Positions 60,939 through 64,000 of a stretch of 64,000 nt of DNA are shown here, in pieces (the stretch's first letter is position 1; every line of letters starts with the position of its first letter). The notes under the pieces are model-generated. The model was not told where the DNA came from. It did no database searches and saw only the letters and a list, made by a program, of their open reading frames with translations. Position numbers and translations under genes: made by a program. This DNA comes from Candidatus Omnitrophota bacterium (lineage in GTDB: Bacteria; Omnitrophota; Gorgyraeia; Gygaellales; Profunditerraquicolaceae), in contig JAQUMX010000005.1 in assembly GCA_028717885.1 (NCBI GenBank), positions 4,838-68,837 of the forward strand, written 5' to 3'.

Positions 60939-61418
60939 ATGCAGCCGATCGGGCCATTAATGATCGAGCACAGGTTGATCGAACGGGTGATCGCTTTATT
61001 GGAAAAAAAACCAATTAACAAAAAAATCGTGGAAGCAGCGCTAGATTTCCTGATTATTTACGCCGACCGTTGCCACCATGGAAAGGAAGAAGGCTTCTTT
61101 TTTAAGGAACTTGATACCAAGCCTCTTTCTTCCGTTGATAAGATGATGCTGGAGAGCTTAAAAAACGACCATGAGCAGGTAAGGGGATTGGTGGCAAAAA
61201 TTGCCGATAAAACAAATGCCGAGGATATCGAAGCATTGACCAGGCTTTATCGCCTGCATATCCGTAAAGAAGATAAACAGTTCTTTATCCCCGCAATGAA
61301 ATACTTCAGCAAACAGGAACAGGACAGTATGCTTTGTACATTTTGGGAATTTGACCGTAAATTAATTCACGAAAAATATAAATCAATAGTAGCTAAATTA
61401 GAAAAGGGAAACCCATGA
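60939..61418 (+). CDS. hemerythrin (HHE cation-binding) domain protein
   Basis: MIEHRLIERV, DRCHHGKEEGFFF and HIRKEDKQFF are His/Glu ligand motifs. The track GTG at 60903 is an alternative start. Confidence 0.7.
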   Translation: MQPIGPLMIEHRLIERVIALLEKKPINKKIVEAALDFLIIYADRCHHGKEEGFFFKELDTKPLSSVDKMMLESLKNDHEQVRGLVAKIADKTNAEDIEALTRLYRLHIRKEDKQFFIPAMKYFSKQEQDSMLCTFWEFDRKLIHEKYKSIVAKLEKGNP

Positions 61419-61762
61419 TTCAGATAAAGCGGGTATATGCTCCGGCGTTAAAGCAGGATGGCGAGAGGGTGTTGGTAGACAGACTTTGGCCGCGCGGCTT
61501 AACTAAGGAAAAGGCAAAGATCGATTTTTGGGTTAAAGATATCGCGCCGAGCGATCATTTGCGCAAATGGTATGGACACCAGCCGCAAAAATGGCCGGAA
61601 TTTAAAAAGCTTTATTTTCATGAGCTAAGTATGCATAAAGACGCCCTGAAACCGCTAATTGCCGAAGCGAAAAAAGAAAAGATCACTTTGCTTTACGGCG
61701 CTAAGGATGAATGGTTTAACAACGCCGTGGCTTTAAAGGAATACATAGAGCGCAAATTGTAA
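61415..61762 (+). CDS. DUF488 (YeaO-like) family protein
   Basis: IKRVYAPALKQDGERVLVDRLWPRGLTKEKAKIDFWVKDIAPS..LRKWYGH is the DUF488 signature. Confidence 0.8.
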   Translation: MIQIKRVYAPALKQDGERVLVDRLWPRGLTKEKAKIDFWVKDIAPSDHLRKWYGHQPQKWPEFKKLYFHELSMHKDALKPLIAEAKKEKITLLYGAKDEWFNNAVALKEYIERKL

Positions 61763-61874
61763 ACATATATTTAAGGCACGTTAAAGCCATATTGTAATTC
61801 TCTTAAATAACTTCCCAACAAATCCATTCCCAAGCAAAACTTTTCATGTTACAATCATAACCAAAGCTTAAATT

Positions 61875-62873
61875 ATGGAGAAAATTAGATACGAATTCGA
61901 TCCATATAACAGGCTGACTGCGTTAAATTCTGCTTTGCGAGGCATAAGAAAGGTAATCGACGGCCAGTTTAAGATCTCCGGCCAGAATACCTTAACCTAC
62001 CATATTAAGTCCCCGGTTGCAAAGGAACTAAAAATCCCCCATCAGGTAAAATTAAAAGGCATCTGGTCATTGACCGAAAACCATCAGCTTAAAATCACTC
62101 TGGATAAATCAGCGAGGCAGGCTTTCGGCGACCAGGTGGTGTTGGAAGGCGAAATTATCGATCTGCGCGAAAACTCATTGCTTTTTGCGGTAACCGGCAG
62201 GACAAAAAAGGGGAATTTTTATATTTATGGCCTGGAGCTTTGCGGCTCATGGCAGGCAGATGAGCATAACCGGCTTAACTTTAAAGTAAAAAAAGAAGGC
62301 GGCGAATCCGATATTTTGATCTTTGAAGGCGCCTGGGAGGTTAATGGCCGTTATCAGATCGTTTATAATTACCGCAAAGAAAACCTGGTCCGTAAAACCA
62401 AAGAGGTGCATTCGCTTCTCCTACGGGGAAAATGGCAGGTAGTGGATAAAGCCAGGCTGTCTTATTCCCTGGGCATTGATTCGTTTTCCCGTTTCGATTT
62501 TTCCGCGCAGGCAGGCATATTCAAAAATAACTGTATTAAATATGAATTAGGGATCGGGATTTCGGGGCGGAAAAATCCGGTTAGGCGCACGATCACTTTT
62601 TTTGGCAAATGGAAGGTAGAGAAAAATATCGGTTTGTTGTTTGAAATCGAACGGCAGGGGAAAGGAATTCAATCCCTGGTTTTTGGGGCACAGGCAAGGC
62701 TTAACGATAAAAATACGGTTTCCCTTAATCTGAAGAATAATTTCGGCGAGGAGGTCGGAGCGGAACTGGAATTATCGCGGGACATCTTTTCCGGAGACGG
62801 CCAGGCATTTTTACGCTTGCTGCAATCAAAGAAAGAATCCGCTATCATGGCAGGGGCCGGATTGAAGTGGTAA
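61875..62873 (+). CDS. hypothetical beta-rich protein with five GxW-containing repeats
   Basis: KLKGIWSLTENHQLKITLDK, ELCGSWQADEHNRLNFKVKK, IFEGAWEVNGRYQIVYNYRK, LLRGKWQVVDKARLSYSLG and TFFGKWKVEKNIGLLFEIER at roughly 50-60-aa spacing. Confidence 0.55.
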   Translation: MEKIRYEFDPYNRLTALNSALRGIRKVIDGQFKISGQNTLTYHIKSPVAKELKIPHQVKLKGIWSLTENHQLKITLDKSARQAFGDQVVLEGEIIDLRENSLLFAVTGRTKKGNFYIYGLELCGSWQADEHNRLNFKVKKEGGESDILIFEGAWEVNGRYQIVYNYRKENLVRKTKEVHSLLLRGKWQVVDKARLSYSLGIDSFSRFDFSAQAGIFKNNCIKYELGIGISGRKNPVRRTITFFGKWKVEKNIGLLFEIERQGKGIQSLVFGAQARLNDKNTVSLNLKNNFGEEVGAELELSRDIFSGDGQAFLRLLQSKKESAIMAGAGLKW

Positions 62874-62936
62874 GTACTTTATTCTATTGATTTTAGTTTT
62901 TTGCGGGTATATACTTATCTTCTGAAAGGCGGCAGA

Positions 62937-64000
62937 ATGGATGACAGAGAACGAATCCAGAATGAGCTCCTTGAAGAAATAAATTCCCTGAAACGTTCTA
63001 TTGACGGCCTGGAAAAAATCGGCAGTCAATATATGAAGGTAGACGAAAAATTAGAGGAGAGCGAGAGCCGCTTAAGCCGTGTGCTCGAAGCAATTCAGGA
63101 AGGCATTACCTTTAGTGATGAAAAAGGGAATTTCTATATTTATAACCCGGCAATGGAGCAGCTTACCGGCTACACCATGGAAGAGGCAAATGCCGCGGCA
63201 GATTTTATTACTCTCTTATATCCTGACCCCCAGGACCGGGATAATGCTTTAAAAGGCGTTGAAGAGCTGTTAGCTACGAAAAAGAGCCGGGAAATAGAAG
63301 CTATGATTTGCACTAAAGCAGGTGAATTAAAAAATGTTCTTATTTATTCTTCGATAGTCCCCTACGAACAAGCCAACCTTTTCTTAAGCGTCTACCGCGA
63401 TATTACCGAACGAAAAAAAACCGAGCAGATATTAAAGATCAAAGAGCAACGTTATAGATTGGTGGCAAAAAATATTTCCGACGTGGTCTGGACTATGGAC
63501 TTAAATCTGCATTTTCAGTTTTTTAGCCCATCCGTGGAAAGAATACTTGGCTATACTTACGAAGAGGCGCTTACTTTGCGGCTGGACCAGTTACTGATGC
63601 CGGATTCTTATGCTTTGGCGCTGCGTACGGTCGTAGAAGAAATGTCTTTGGAGGAGAAACGCGAACAACAGGACCCTTATCGCTCGCGCACTTTACAGCT
63701 TGAAGAGATCCGCAAAGACGGCTCAACGCATTGGGCTGAAGTAAATGCCTCATTTTTGCGCGATGCAGACGGCAGGGCCACCGGGATATTAGGAGTATCC
63801 CGCGATATTACGGAGCGAAAAAAGACAGAGATTGAATTAAGGCAGGCATACGATAAATTAAAAAATGCGCAGGCGCAACTGATCCAGGCAGAGAAAATGG
63901 AAGCCGTAGGAACAATGGCTAGCGGTGTAGCCCACGAAGTAAAGAATCCTTTGGCAATTATCCTGCAATGTATCAATTTTCTGGAGAGTAAATACAGCGG
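62937..64000 (+). CDS. PAS-PAS sensor histidine kinase, 5' part (runs off the window)
   Basis: Not in the track (no stop in the window). ATG at 62937, and the frame is open to 64000 (checked codon by codon). Two PAS blocks each end in DITERKKTE. H-box MASGVAHEVKNPLAII near the end. Confidence 0.85.
   Translation, partial: MDDRERIQNELLEEINSLKRSIDGLEKIGSQYMKVDEKLEESESRLSRVLEAIQEGITFSDEKGNFYIYNPAMEQLTGYTMEEANAAADFITLLYPDPQDRDNALKGVEELLATKKSREIEAMICTKAGELKNVLIYSSIVPYEQANLFLSVYRDITERKKTEQILKIKEQRYRLVAKNISDVVWTMDLNLHFQFFSPSVERILGYTYEEALTLRLDQLLMPDSYALALRTVVEEMSLEEKREQQDPYRSRTLQLEEIRKDGSTHWAEVNASFLRDADGRATGILGVSRDITERKKTEIELRQAYDKLKNAQAQLIQAEKMEAVGTMASGVAHEVKNPLAIILQCINFLESKYS

Overview
64-kb chromosomal segment of a diderm (outer-membrane-bearing) bacterium of unidentified taxon. 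It is densely coding and almost entirely plus-strand. The left edge (1-3.7 kb, minus strand, visibly more AT-rich by eye) is a small defence islet. It holds the 5' 426 codons of an OLD-family/ABC-type ATPase gene (runs off the window), a CxxC zinc-ribbon mini-gene, and a C-protein-controlled DpnII/DpnA-type (GATC) restriction-modification operon. A ~0.8-kb ORF-free, very GC-rich, hairpin-dense block of modular repeats (3837-4575) separates the islet from the rest. I cannot assign this block to any known RNA or repeat family, and it is my top candidate for something undescribed. The remainder encodes two paralogous TetR regulators driving an RND (AcrAB/OprM-like) and an MFS (TolC/EmrAB-like) efflux operon. 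It also encodes a K+/H+ antiporter, several two-component systems and an osmotic-stress cluster (two short MscS paralogues, MscL, Pmp3, DUF4337, CstA). Further genes are an autotransporter, TauE+DUF1634, an M15 peptidase, an OprB porin with a sugar MFS, patatin, BASS and a beta-lactamase-fold hydrolase. An ECF sigma/anti-sigma/CpxP-like stress cluster contains an unannotated 36-aa Cys-rich (metallothionein-like) ORF. There is also an arginase-fold/sensor-only/DUF1646 operon, a ferritin-like/hemerythrin/DUF488 group, and an orphan ThsB-type TIR-like protein beside a DUF2934 mini-protein. Small features missing from the ORF track include Pmp3, DUF2934, the Cys-rich ORF, a 41-aa ORF, two promoter-to-terminator units (an sRNA or leader, and a leader-peptide attenuator candidate) and a 42-nt repeat bracketing a two-gene unit. 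I recognised no rRNA, tRNA, CRISPR array, transposase or integrase. All calls rest on motif recognition by eye; no database search was possible.
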